This document shows, piece after piece, positions 41,499 to 54,196 of a stretch of 64,000 nt of DNA. The notes below the pieces were generated by a model. That model did no database searches and had not been told where the DNA came from. It saw only the letters and a program-made list of their open reading frames with translations. This stretch comes from Octopus vulgaris. Lineage: Eukaryota. The translations under genes and the position numbers were made by a program. Location of the stretch: the NCBI GenBank assembly GCA_951406725.2, contig OX597819.1, positions 74,586,001-74,650,000 of the forward strand, read 5' to 3'. Within the stretch, counting starts at the first letter, position 1. Each line of letters begins with the position of its first letter.

Positions 41499-41546
<48 letters not shown>

Positions 41547-41942
41547 TAACTTCCATCCTTCTTTAAACAATGCATCTCACCTATTTTCTCCGAAATCTCC
41601 CTCCTCCCTCCCTCCGTCTCTCTCTCTCTCTCTCTCTCATTCTCCCTCTCTCCCTCATCTCTTTAACCTGTAAATTGCAAGCAACTAAAGCCAGTCAGTC
41701 AGTCAGTCAGTCAGTCAGATCTGATAGATGGCAATGGTGAAACATATACATAAGGTAAACCACCAAACTACGTGGGAGTGGTCTGTGTCAGTACACACAC
41801 ATACATACAAGTGTGTGTGTGTGTGTGTATTGTGCATTCGTGAGAAAGATTGTGAGATAACAACAGGTGTGTGTGTGCATCGATATTTTTGGGGTTGTCT
41901 TGACAATGTCATACACATTGGGACAAAAGATTCAGCAACTCT

Positions 41943-41976
<34 letters not shown>

Positions 41977-41990
41977 TAATAATAATAATA

Positions 41991-42215
41991 GGGAACTGCC
42001 CATATACTATCTAAAATACTGTCTATGTAATCTCAAATTTTAAAACAAACATAATTTTCTTATGGTTTCTTAAACAATCTCTAGAACTGTACTATGTACA
42101 AAACCAAATATATGGCACCCGAGGCATAACACCAACATGAACTTCTAACTTGTTGTCTCTGGGTGAGACTTGGAGCCAACTTGTACAAATGTAAAGCAAA
42201 AGTCAAACATAAAAT
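41991..42215 (+). mobile_element. R4/Dong-like non-LTR retrotransposon 3' remnant in (TAA)n
   Basis: 41992-42030 encodes GTAHILSKILSM*, typical of the C-terminus of restriction-like-endonuclease R4/Dong ORFs; (TAA)n on both sides. Confidence 0.65.
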
Positions 42216-42245
42216 AATAAGAAGAAGAAGAAAATTTGAAGAAAG

Positions 42246-42281
<36 letters not shown>

Positions 42282-42709
42282 TTCTTTCTATGATAGGCAC
42301 ATACTAACAAATATCCTAATCTAATAGTTTTGTCTGAGCCAAATGTTGTGTCTTTACCCTGATGTCCAGTGAATGAGTGATACACCCACATGCTCAGTCT
42401 CAAATTACAAGAAGGTTGGTATTGCAGTTGAGAGAGATTTTGCTCAATTCAAGACTTTCAGATTGAAAATGACCGATTCCCACACAATGTTGAATATGTT
42501 TTATGATTAAAAACACGCCCAGGCTGATGTCACATAAAAAAAAAAGCATCCAGTACACTCTGCAAAGTGGTTGGCATTAGGAAGGGCACCTGGCCATAGA
42601 AACAATGCCAAAACAGGTAAGCGGAGTAGGATGCAACTGCTGTGAAACCGTCAGATCCATACCAGCATGGGAAAGAGAAGTTAAATGACGATGAAGAATA
42701 AGTAATGAT

Positions 42710-42925
42710 AGGCAGAGGTGTGGCTGTGTGGTAAAAAGTTGCTTCCCAGCTGCATGGTTTTGGGTTCTGTTCTACTGTGCAGTACCTTGATTGTCTTCTA
42801 TTGTAGCCCTGGGCCAACCAAAGCCTTGTGGATGGATTTAGTAGATGGAAACAAAGAAGACCATCACACACACACACACACATTTGTGTCTCCTTCTCTT
42901 GACATTGCATGATAATTATAAATAA
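42710..42925 (+). mobile_element. Family B-related SINE 5' half
   Basis: GGCAGAGGTGTGGCTGTGTGGTAA...CCAAAGCCTTGTGGATGGATTT. Confidence 0.75.
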
Positions 42926-42937
42926 GTATCCCTAATG

Positions 42938-43013
42938 AATGACTCGTTAGATTAATCTACAGCAGCAATGAAAGGATTTGGATTGCCTGGCTGAGAGACA
43001 AACCCTAGTTGGA

Positions 43014-43048
<35 letters not shown>

Positions 43049-43245
43049 CATACACACAGGGAAATGAACCAGGTTTTTTAGCCATTATTTTCCTCTCTGT
43101 AACACCACTTCCCCCATCGGCACCACCAGCACTACCATTCCTATCACTATCATCAGTGCTAACTAGCTAACATCACCATTGCCATGGTGACCATCACCAT
43201 CCCCACCATCCGTTGCCATGGTGACCATCACCATCCCTTACCACC
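42938..43245 (-). repeat. Unclassified dispersed repeat (family G), copy 2
   Basis: Inverted homolog of 32205-32452. Confidence 0.75.
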
Positions 43246-43764
43246 AATTCAATGTGTCTGTTCCCTCCACCTCCGTACATTAGTTTAAAAAAGGTCTATT
43301 CTCTACTCCTGCTCTCCACCACATCCGCCTCCACCTCCTATAACTGTCACTGCATCTGACTATATGCAGGGTTAAAACACTTGTCATCAACATCACCCAC
43401 CACCACCACCACCACCATCAGCTTTATCCCTATTACCCCAGCACCACCATCATTACTATCATCTCCATTGTCATCATTTCATTTAAATGCCTGTTTCAAC
43501 GATGCATGCCTCCTATGTAAAGTTCTACAATTATTCCCCATTTCTACCCCAAATGATATCCTGCTCACCACCACCATTACTGCCGCCGCCATCACCCACC
43601 CACCAATCTATGTTCGTTTTTGCAGCCATACAGATTTTAAAGATAGAATTTTTCAATTGCCCCAGCATGGCCGCGGCCTTCGGGCAAAAACATTTTTAAG
43701 GATTTATATTTCTCATTTATATTTCTAAACTTGCACAATGTAATTTGAAGATTTCACTGTTAAA

Positions 43765-43935
43765 TCTAACAGCATTTCGTCTGTCTTTGTGTTGTGAGTT
43801 CAAGTCCCAGCAAGGTTCACTTTGCCTTTCACCCTTTTCCTTTTGAGGTTGATAAAATGAACAACACCAATCGAACACTAGAGTCAATGTGATCGATTTC
43901 CACGCTCCTGCAAAATTTCAGGCCTTGTACCTACA
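43765..43935 (+). mobile_element. Family C SINE (5'-truncated)
   Basis: GAGTTCAAGTCCC...TTGCCTTTCACCC...AAATTTCAGGCCTTGTACCT. Confidence 0.7.
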
Positions 43936-43989
43936 ACCACCCTGCCCTGCCCCATTTTATGGCTTGCCTCAAACTTGGTGGAATGTCAT

Positions 43990-44290
43990 CGTCATCATCA
44001 TCATTTAATATCCATTGTCCATGTTGGCATGGGTTAGACGGTTTGACCAGGGCTGGTAAGTTAGAAGGCTGCACCATTCTGATTTGGCATGGTTTCTACA
44101 GCTGGATGCCCTTCCTAACACCAACCACTCCGAGAGTGTAATGGGTGCTTTTACGTGCCATTTGCATGACACCAGTATCTGCTGTGACTGCATTTTTACT
44201 TAGCTTGATGGGTCTTCTTCTCAAGCATGACATACTGCCAAAGGTCTCGGTCATTGTCTCCATGAGGCCCAACGCTTGAAAGGAACGTAT
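43990..44290 (-). mobile_element. RTE LINE extreme 3' fragment: ORF end plus family A UTR
   Basis: Minus strand DRDLWQYVMLEKKT, RTE C-terminal motif, directly upstream of family A sequence. Confidence 0.75.
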
Positions 44291-46325
44291 GGAATGAATT
44301 TGATGGGTTATTGTGAAATGTACCACTGTGCTCCACTCCTCCCCAAAAAACATTAAACAACTCTGGAGAGATGAGGAAGGGCAAAGAAGATATTTAAAAA
44401 CAAAACTGGCATCACACACATATAAACGACCACCACCACTAATACAAGCCTATGCATGCATTGAATGAGCCAATCCAATTACAACAATTTTGTTAGACAA
44501 GTGAGTTTGTGGGTGGGTGAATGGATGGATGAATAGATGTTTGTATAGGTGCCTGTGTGGTTGTGTGGTAAGAAGTTTGCTTCTCAACCACATGGTTCTG
44601 GGTTCAGTCCCCCGCACAGTATTCTATGACAATTTATATACATTATCCGGTGTATCTTTCTTATTTAAGCCGGTTAGGATGTGATTTGAAGGCAATTTGG
44701 CTGTTATTTCTAGTAAGTGAAATGACCATGTGGAGGTGTATGTCATTGGTTCATAGCCTTACCAATTGTTGGTGATGCCATGCCAGTCTTTCACACACAC
44801 ACACCTCTCTCTCCCCCATCCACACACACTAGTGAAGCTTGATGGCAGCAGCTGAATCGTCTCATCATTACTAGATTACAATAAATGATAAAGTTTTACA
44901 AGGATAAAGAAGCTCACAGGGGAGTTGAACAATGTGAGAGAGTGTGTGTGTGCGTGTGTGTGCATGCACGTGTGTGTGTGTGTGTGTGTGTGCATGTGTG
45001 TGTGTGTTGACATGAGCTCTGATGCTGAAAAGTGAGATGTTTTGCCTGACCCAAAACCAAACTAATCTGGTATCTTCCTGAAGATTCTTGAAAAGGCCAC
45101 ATAGAATCATCATCAACGTTGACATCATCATCATCGCTTGATTTCTGGCTTCCATGCTGGCATGGATTGCAGAGTCTGGCTGGAGCTAGCAAGCCAGAGA
45201 GCCGTAAAGGGTCCTGCTGCTTGTTTTGGATGGGTTTCTATGGCAAGACGCTCTTCCTAATGCCAACCTAATTACAGACTGTACTGGGGTGCTTTTTATG
45301 TGGCCCCAGGAAAAAAGGAATAATATTTGAGTGGACTTTTAAAGATGTGCAACTGAAATAGAAACAACATCCATCATCTTCACCATCCTCACCACCATTG
45401 TTTCTCATCCACCCACCCCACTCCCACTTGTACAGGACAGACAGAAGCAGATTTTCTACAGCTGGATGTCTTTACTGTAGCCAACCCTCACCTGTTTTCC
45501 CATGGAAATAAACAACCTCATTTGTATTACAGTGATGCTCATTTACAACCATCATTTGACGTCAAGACAAGGGTAAGGCAGCCAGCACACTCCCTATAGT
45601 GGTTGGCATTAGGAAGGGCATCCAGTCATAGAAACTGTGACAAAACAGACAGTGGAGCACAATGCAGTCCTCAGCTCCATTGGATCTTGTCAACCTGTTC
45701 CAGCTCAAAGCCAGCATGAGACATGGACATTAAATGATGACAATGACAACGATGTACAAATAAAAACCAGTGGTTTTCATTATACTTGCAACTTGTGTTC
45801 AAATTGGGATCAGTGATGCAATTTCCATCTTTGCAGGAACAATAAAACAAGTCATGCACTGGGTGGGGAGGAGAGTTCAAATCATATGCACTCCTGTTGT
45901 CACCACCACCCTCCTTCCTTCCCCCACTGCAAATTTGTGTGACCTTGTGCTAATATGTGAGAACTCATTTTCAACAACAACTATCATCATCAACATCAAC
46001 ACCATGAACTGAATCAAAACAAACATCCTCCACACTAGAAAGAAAGAGAAAAGAAGAGTTAATTTTCATCACAGCACAGTCCCAGCATCACGACCATTAC
46101 CACGACTATCAATTACTCCAACCACCACCACCATCATTATCAGTGCTACCATGGCAATTATTCTCCAGTACAACATCATTAACAACTCCATCCTTAATAA
46201 CGACAGATGCTCTTGTATAATAATGCAGCAGCAACAGGGATAATGAGATGATAATAGACAATAATAATGATTAATAATAGTAATGATAATATTAATAATA
46301 ATGATAATGATAGTGATAATAATTG

Positions 46326-46815
46326 TTTGGTATAAAAGATGGGCTACAGTAAATATTCTGCTCAATACCACAGATTTGCTTGTCAGTTGTTTGACCTGAA
46401 CCAGTTGAGCATGTCCCTTGGTGGCTGACAATATGTGCATCTCTGACCATGAACAGAAGTAGTGGAGGAGCATCATAGCCATGTGTTGAGAGGAATTCTT
46501 TGGGGTTTGAATAATTTACTTCTGGAAACTTAGGTGTTTCGTTCATCACCCTTAAACAACCCTTATTCAGCAACCTTTTGAGTAGGATGGGCTACTCAAC
46601 CTGAACTCAACCTGAAGAAAATTCTGACTGGGCTCTCCCTGCAAGGTCATGCATTGTTAATCTTGATATGAAATTACCATGTTGCACACATATGGTTGTG
46701 ATGCATGTGTCTGGCATACCCTTATCAGACGGGTAGTCATGATGGGTCTACTGGGCTTTCCACATTTGTAGCCCAGTGTCACTTTGATGGCATGCACTGC
46801 TCTCCCACTTAATAA
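46326..46815 (+). mobile_element. Family E retroposon (unclassified) ending in TAA repeat
   Basis: Second copy at 62965-63385 (CAGATTTGCTT...GCATGTCCCTT(G/A)GTGGCTGAC...CCCTTATCAGACGGGTAGTC). Confidence 0.75.
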
Positions 46816-47906
46816 TAAGAATCCTTTCTACTATAGGCACAAGGCCTGAAATTTAGGGAAGCAGGGTAATTGATTTCATCGACCCCTGTGCGTAACTGGT
46901 ACTTATTTCATTGACCTTGAAAGGATGAAAGTACATACATACATACAGTTAATTCAAGGAAGTTATATCCTCCTTAGGGATTATACAATCCAAGATATTC
47001 CACTGGTTAATCTCCATCATATAATGTAAAAGTCACTGGTATATGTTAGAGATTATTAAAATTAAACATTATCAATATTGAAGGAAACGAAAATGGAGAA
47101 AAAAATGGATGTATGAATAATTTACTTGCATGTTATAAAATGATGAAAGTTTCTTTTAGAAAATATAACAGAACAAATCAATTGATTACAAGTTGTAAAG
47201 CTTGAAAAAGAATAAAGAAAAGAACCTACATATATGTTTCAGTATTAACATCGAGTTGATCAGAAATTATAAATTTGGTTAAATGCTAAGAAAGGTATCA
47301 TATTCTAAACTATTATGGGGTAGGGCTTCTTCAGGATTATTATGAGCTTATAGAACTTAGGTTATCATTTTTCTTTTGAAGGATGCATAATAATAATAAT
47401 AATATATGAAAGAAGGTTTGAAAATGCAATTTTAAAGATGTTTATTCACTTGACCAGTTTCACTTTTTTTAGAAAAAAGATTGTCAAAAGTAAAATGTAA
47501 AAGCTTTGTTGTGTTAAGTACTGGTTGTCACAAAAGTATTAAAATACATACATACATTCTTTGATAATAATAAGAAAATGTTAAAAACAGTTTACAAGAA
47601 AGTATTTAAGAAAATATTCAACAAAAAGTATTAGGAGTTCAATAAAAATCATATTTGTTTGGTAGTATATATATATATATATATATATAATAATAATAAA
47701 TATTAGGGAATAAATCCAAACTTACAGGGAAAAATCAGATTTAGGATTGAATCCAATTTTATAGTAAAATATTATATTATATTAAATTAGAGATAAAACC
47801 ACTATTAGGCAAATCATACAATGAAAAACTTAAGCCAATACATAAGATTATTTAATTTATATTATTTAAATATATAACAAAATTATTAAAAAAATATAAT
47901 TAATAT

Positions 47907-47975
47907 AACACTACGATCATTTCAAGGCTGTTAATTTCTTAAAATTTTCGAGTTACAGTCATTCATCAGGTGGTT
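47907..47975 (-). ncRNA. Type I hammerhead motif (left arm)
   Basis: Minus strand CAC-CTGATGA-ATGACTGT...ACAGCCTT-GAAAT-GATC-GTA-GTG. Confidence 0.6.
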
Positions 47976-48047
47976 TAAATATTTAACTTGGCGAGGTTTA
48001 ATCAATGAACATTGATTAAACCTCGCCAAGTTAAAGTTAAATATTTA

Positions 48048-48114
48048 AACCACCTGATGAATGACTAACTCGAAAATTTAAAGAAATTAACAGCCATGAA
48101 ACGATCGTAGTGTT
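48048..48114 (+). ncRNA. Type I hammerhead motif (right arm)
   Basis: CAC-CTGATGA(48054-60)-ATGACT...AGCCAT-GAAAC(48098-102)-GATC-GTA-GTG; palindromic stem III ACGATCGT. Confidence 0.7.
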
Positions 48115-48234
48115 ATATTAATTATATTTTTTTAATAATTTTGTTATATATTTAAATAATATAAATTAAATAATCTTATGTATTGGCTTAAGTTTTTCAT
48201 TGTATGATTTGCCTAATAGTGGTTTTATCTCTAA

Positions 48235-48290
<56 letters not shown>

Positions 48291-48296
48291 CACACA

Positions 48297-48443
48297 CACA
48301 GAAGGAGATATATTTAAAACTTTAAAAAGAATTTGAGAGGAACCAACCTGTCTTTCTGACATTTTTGAAGACAAAAAATGCCAGAAAGACAGGTTGGTTC
48401 ATCTCGAATTCTTTGTAAACTCTTATATATACTCCTTCTGTGT
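48297..48443. repeat. ~150-bp imperfect hairpin
   Basis: ACACAGAAGGAG...GAACCAACCTGTCTTTCTGACATTTTT / AAAAATGCCAGAAAGACAGGTTGGTTC...CTCCTTCTGTGT. Confidence 0.85.
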
Positions 48444-49524
48444 ATATATACATACATATCTCTTGTTTATACATTCAATTTTTAGAATGATTTCTCCAGC
48501 TAGATGCTGTTCACTTTGCTGAATGTATTTTATTGTGATGCAAGCACTAGTGAGGTTGTCTCATTCCCAAAAGCACTTTGGGGCCTTTTCTATACTACAC
48601 TGTCTCTAATCATTCACCAATCCCTTAAAGATAAACCAGAAACATTTCATAATGGCCCCAGCCCTTGAGAAATTATCTTGTTCCTCCCAAGACTAAAATA
48701 GTCAAGAACTAAAATAGTTCTCTCTGTTTTTTCACCGAAATTAGTGTCATGTGTCATCGTTAGCAACACTAGTCAGGTGGTTTCTTTTCCGTGTTGCTGT
48801 AAACAATTCACCTTTCTTTTCCAGTAACAGTGTAAGAAGGCGGCCTGGGTGAGGGAGATGGAAGAGTAAGAAGTGAGAGGAAAGAGAGTGACAGGCAATG
48901 GAGAGAGTATTAGAATAGAGTGAGGGTGTGACAGAGAGCTACATGATAGTGGTTGGTATGGAGATAGGATAGACTGAAGAGAGAGCAAAGAGAAGGCAAG
49001 TGGGTGATAGAGAATAAGATAGAAAAACCAAAGTGAGAGGAGTGAGAGGGTGATGGGGGAAAGGGTAAAGAGTGACAGTGACAGGCAGCAGCTATATGAG
49101 GATTGTTGGTAAGGAGATTGGATAGAAACAGCTGGAGTGGCATGCTGGGAAGAAGTGCGAGTGATAGAAGGAAGAGTAGTCACTAGAAGTGGGAGTGAGG
49201 AGAGAAAATGAGTGATGACGGACAACAATGAGTGATAAATGAGGATTGAATGTAAGCAAGGGTGATGGATAGCAATAGCAATGGATGATGGAAAGAAAGT
49301 GAGAATGATGGATCTCAATAAGAAACTATGAGGACAGGAAGGTGATCTTTCAGAGAACGTATACCAAAACTAGAAGTAATTGTTTGGCAATTTTCATAAA
49401 AGAGTTTTGTTTAATTTCTTTTTTTAGTTGAATCGCTTATGTTTATTTATTTTTTTAGTATATAAGTGTTTATGTGTGTTAATCTGTGAATGTAAATATA
49501 AGTATGTGTTTATGTGCATGTATG

Positions 49525-49575
<51 letters not shown>

Positions 49576-50676
49576 CACATCCATACATACACAAAAAATA
49601 CATAAACATTAGCGATCCAGCTGAAAAACAAAATTTTAAGGAAATTGCTGAACAAATACTTTCAGTTTTGACATACTTTCTCCGAAAGATCACCAGCAGG
49701 AAAAGTGAGGGAGGGAGGGAGGGAGAGAGAGATTACTTGCAGAAAGACATGGTGATGATTAGGGAAAGAAAAGTGAAGGTGAGGAAGAGTTGAATTTAGA
49801 CAGATCCAATGTAATTCCATTCCTCATAACACTGCCAGTGAGATGGAAGAGAGACAGATTGATTATAGAGACACATTTAGTAGAAAGCATGGAGTAAAAG
49901 AGAGAGAGAGAGAGGAGAGAGTACACCTGACATCTAACTTCTCCTTTAGCGCCACTCTCTCCTCACATTGCTTCTTACATTTCCGCCATTATCTTTTAGT
50001 CTTTCCAGGTAAGATTTTTCAGCTTTTGGGCTTATATTGATCTATTCTACCCTTTCACACCCCTGGAACCATACTCTATTTGTTGAGAGCAAAACGAAGC
50101 ACTCAGCCCAAGGTGCTACGCAATGGAACTGAACTCAGAGCCATGTGGTTTGGGAAGCCAACACACACACACACACACACAGCTTGACAGAGAAGACGTG
50201 TGTATAAATACGTACACAGTGAGCGTGTTTGGATTGAAGTGTATTTTGTAGAGGCTTATGTACTCAAGCACACACACACACACACACACACATTCTTCGA
50301 CACGTACAGAAATGAAGGAAAAACACAAACGCTTTTGATGAAACTCGACGCTCAAGGCACACCGAACTCACCTCATCCCAAAACCAAAACAACCATCAAC
50401 GGAGATGGTGGAGGAGGCGAAGGTGGGGGTATGCTGTTATAAACGTTTTATTGTGATCAATGTAATCGTTATCCCTCTCCTCAGCCTCCACTCCACACCC
50501 CTACCGCCGTGGGGCTTAGCATTGACCAAACAAACGGAACAAATAATTATAAAAGAAAAAAAGGACAAACGATGTCCCAAATGGTGATGCAGAGAGAGAG
50601 AGAGAGAGGACGGGAAAATAAAGAAGAGAGAATGGGAGATGATGGAAGAAAGAGGAAAATGTACACTGCAATATGT

Positions 50677-50717
<41 letters not shown>

Positions 50718-51689
50718 GCAAGGAGAGAAGGTTACATACCGGTGAAAGAAGATATTGATAGTAAGAGAGTGAGATTGTAAATAATCGATGAGGAGGAAGA
50801 AAGACATGGAAAGGCAGAGAGATGTTGAGAGAGAGAGAGAGAGAGGTAGATCAGAAAGATGGAGAGAAAAAAAAGAATGAATGAGAGAGGGAGACAGAGA
50901 TGAAGAGACAGACAGCTAGATATAGATATAATCGTGTATGTGTCCATTTCTTACTAGGCCTGCAAAAAGGGGGCAGTGCCCATAGCTTTCGCAGGCTTTC
51001 CTTAATAATCACATTAATACACACATACATACACACACATATTTGTGTTCATATTATTCTTAAATATACATATATATGATAGTAACTTGGAAGTTTCGGC
51101 CAATTAAGCCGTTGTCGGACGATGGTGTATGATGTAAAACTGTTTTTAGTATAACAAAGAACATAAACAAACATTAATACACACACACACAAATTCAGAC
51201 ATCAAAGACAAACACACACACACACACACACACTTGAAATAAAAAGCTGAAGAGACGAGAAAGCAAAGCTAAAGACGAAAATATACCTTCAAAGACAATA
51301 AATAAACATTTTATACAAAAAAAAAAGACTTTCTTATTCAGGAAAAAAAAAAAGAAAGATGAATGTTGTTCTTTTTATAGAAAAGACACAATTACTATCA
51401 TCATCATCATCATCGTTGTCATGGTCAATAACATTATTATTATTATTAGCAGTAGTATTATATAGTAATTATTATTATTATTACCTGCGTCACGAACAGT
51501 CATCAGAGGAGGTCACGGAGCCAAAGAATACTGAGCTGGGTGTGTGTTGTGATGTTCTTGTTATTGTTATCGAGTTTAGCTTCTTTTTTTTTTCCTTTTT
51601 TTTTTTCAGTTGATGTATATAGTTTTTGTCGAGTCTAACAAGAAACAAACGGGTTGTTTAAAAAAAGCAACCCAAAGGAATCCGCCTCG

Positions 51690-51738
<49 letters not shown>

Positions 51739-51779
51739 CGTTGAAAGAAACTCGTCTGTGTGTGTATTTATGTATGTGT

Positions 51780-51826
<47 letters not shown>

Positions 51827-51964
51827 GGTATGTAGAAAAATACAACATGGACAAGAACGTATAACTCTCAGAAGACGACACAATAAACACGGACAGGACA
51901 TTCGAAACCCTCAGTCTTCAGTCAAGAACCGGATCATCGTAGTAATTTCGGCTGATTAATCTTG

Positions 51965-52005
<41 letters not shown>

Positions 52006-53312
52006 GATGTATATGTATGTCTACATATGTATATATAATAAACGTATGTTTATGTTACAGACGTGGCACTATGAAAGAATAATAACGACTCGTTTGTGAT
52101 TATAATGAATAATGAATAACAAGTAAAAAGAAAGTGAAAAAAAACGGATAAAAAAATCTAAGAGTTTGGATGGCGGCGGTGACTACGACGACATCAGACT
52201 GACAAGAATGGATGAAGAGGAGGGATGAAACTATGTACTGCCTCCCACCTCTCTCTCTCTTTATCATCTTTCAGCTTCCTCCCACTCTCTCTCTCTCTCT
52301 CTCCCTATCATCCTTCAGCTTCCCGCTCTCTCTCTCTCTATCTATCATCTTTCAACTTCCCTCTCTCTCTCTATCATTCTTCAGCTTCCCCCTCCCTCTT
52401 TATCTCTCTCATCATTCAGCCTCCCCCTCTCTTTATCCTGCCTTAGCTTTATCGTCCTTCAGTCTCCCCCCTTTCTCTCTATCATCCCTCCTCCTCCTCC
52501 TACTCCTCCTCTCTCTCTATCATCCTTCAGCTTCTTTCCCCTTCTCTCTCCCTCTCTATCGTCCCTCCAGCTTAACATCTTTCGTTCTCACACCAATCCC
52601 TGGCTCTCCATCCCCGAATAATAATAACAATGACAAATAATAATGGTCGTCATCGTTATCGTGGTCGTAATAATTAACGTGGAATTTTGGCTGAATTGCT
52701 GCAGTTTAATAATGTCGGTAATGATGGAAGCTAATGACGATGATGACGACAACAATAACGTTTTGTGCTGTTGTAGTTGATGGTGGTGGTGGTAATGGTA
52801 TTGGTGAGGAGGATGAAGAGGTGAGGAAACATTGGTACTGGTGTTGAAGGTGGTGAGGAGAATAATCATAGGATGACGATGATGATGACGATGACAACGA
52901 GGTGGAGGGGGACATTAATGGTGATGCTAGTGGCAGTGGTGGTGGTGGTGATGGTGGATGTTGATGAGAAAAACAACATAATGATGATGATGATGATGAT
53001 GGCGGGGAGATGGGCGACGATAATGCTGTCGCTGCTGCTGCTGATGATGACGACGGTGGTGACGATGATGATGTTACTGGTGACGGTGATGCTGGTGGGA
53101 TGTCACCAGCCTCACAATACGCACCTGATAAACTGTCCACTTGTCGGCTGCTGCTGCTGTTGTTATTGGCATGGCAACAGGTAGGTGACAGTCGAAATCC
53201 CAGCTTTATTTTCTTACCCCATCATACACCACCACCGCCTCTCTCTCTCTCTCTCTCCCACATCACGAAGATACGTTTACATGCATAGAAAAAACAGTCC
53301 ATTGACAGTTAT

Positions 53313-53349
<37 letters not shown>

Positions 53350-53490
53350 TGTAGGATTCATTAGAATCTCGGTACATCGACACGTAGGACGCCAGAAATG
53401 GCTACGAACCACAACATAAGAACTTAAGGGAAAGCTGTGTGAACTCGTAGTATACTGTAGACACGGAGATATGGCTGAGGGTTGGTTCTA

Positions 53491-53870
53491 GGTGCAGATA
53501 TGGCTGTGTGGTAAGTAGCTTGCTTTCCAACCACATAGTCCGGGGTTCAGTCCCACTGCGTGGCACCTTGGGCAAGTGTCTTCTACTATAGCCACGGGCT
53601 GACCAAAGCCTTGGGAGTAGATTTGGTAGACGGAAACTGAAAGAAGCCCATCGTATATTATTTGTGTATGTATGTGTGTGTTTGTCCATCCAACATCGCT
53701 TCACAACTGATGCTGGTGTGTTTACGTCTCTGTAACTTAGCAGTTCGGCAAAAGAGACCGATAGAATAAGTACTAGGCTTACAAAGAATAAGTCCTGGTG
53801 TCGATTTGCTGTACTAGAGGCGGTGTTCCAGCATGGCCGCAGTCAAATGACTGAAACAAAGGAATAAAAG
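53491..53870 (+). mobile_element. Family B SINE, full length, CpG-intact
   Basis: TGGCTGTGTGG A-box, GGTTCAGTCCC B-box, full tail. Confidence 0.92.
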
Positions 53871-53875
53871 TATAT

Positions 53876-53934
<59 letters not shown>

Positions 53935-53937
<3 letters not shown>

Positions 53938-54186
53938 GCAGATGTGGTTGTGTGGTAAGAAGCTTGCTTCCCAATCACATGGGTTCAGTCCCACTGCGTG
54001 GCACTTTGAGCAAAGCGTCGGACCGACCATTGATGTGTTTATGTCCCCCGAAACTTAGCGATTCGGCAAAAGGCACCGATAGAATAAGTACTAGGCTTAC
54101 AAAAAATAATTCCTGGGATCGATTTCTTCGACTAAAGGCGGTGCTCCAGCATGGCTGCAGTCAAATGACTGAAACGTGTAAAAGAG
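53935..54186 (+). mobile_element. Family B SINE, internally deleted
   Basis: Head and tail joined. Confidence 0.85.
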
Positions 54187-54196
54187 AAAATATATA

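Larger units (their letters stand above)
47694..48241. repeat. Penelope-pLTR-like fold-back: ~230-bp inverted arms around a 2-nt loop (48008-48009), each arm with an HHR
   Basis: AGGTTTAATCAATG-AA-CATTGATTAAACCT centre; arms 47780-48007 and 48010-48241; further family copy at 59795-59955. Confidence 0.85.

Noticed and set aside
48773-49318. 181-aa minus-strand ORF
   Set aside because: Low-complexity purine/pyrimidine-biased sequence with no domain motif recognised
52706-53288. Ser/Pro-rich and Asp/Gly-rich ORFs resembling a transcription-factor exon
   Set aside because: Built from GAT/GGT/GCT triplet runs, open in several frames, no recognisable domain; cannot be supported without transcripts
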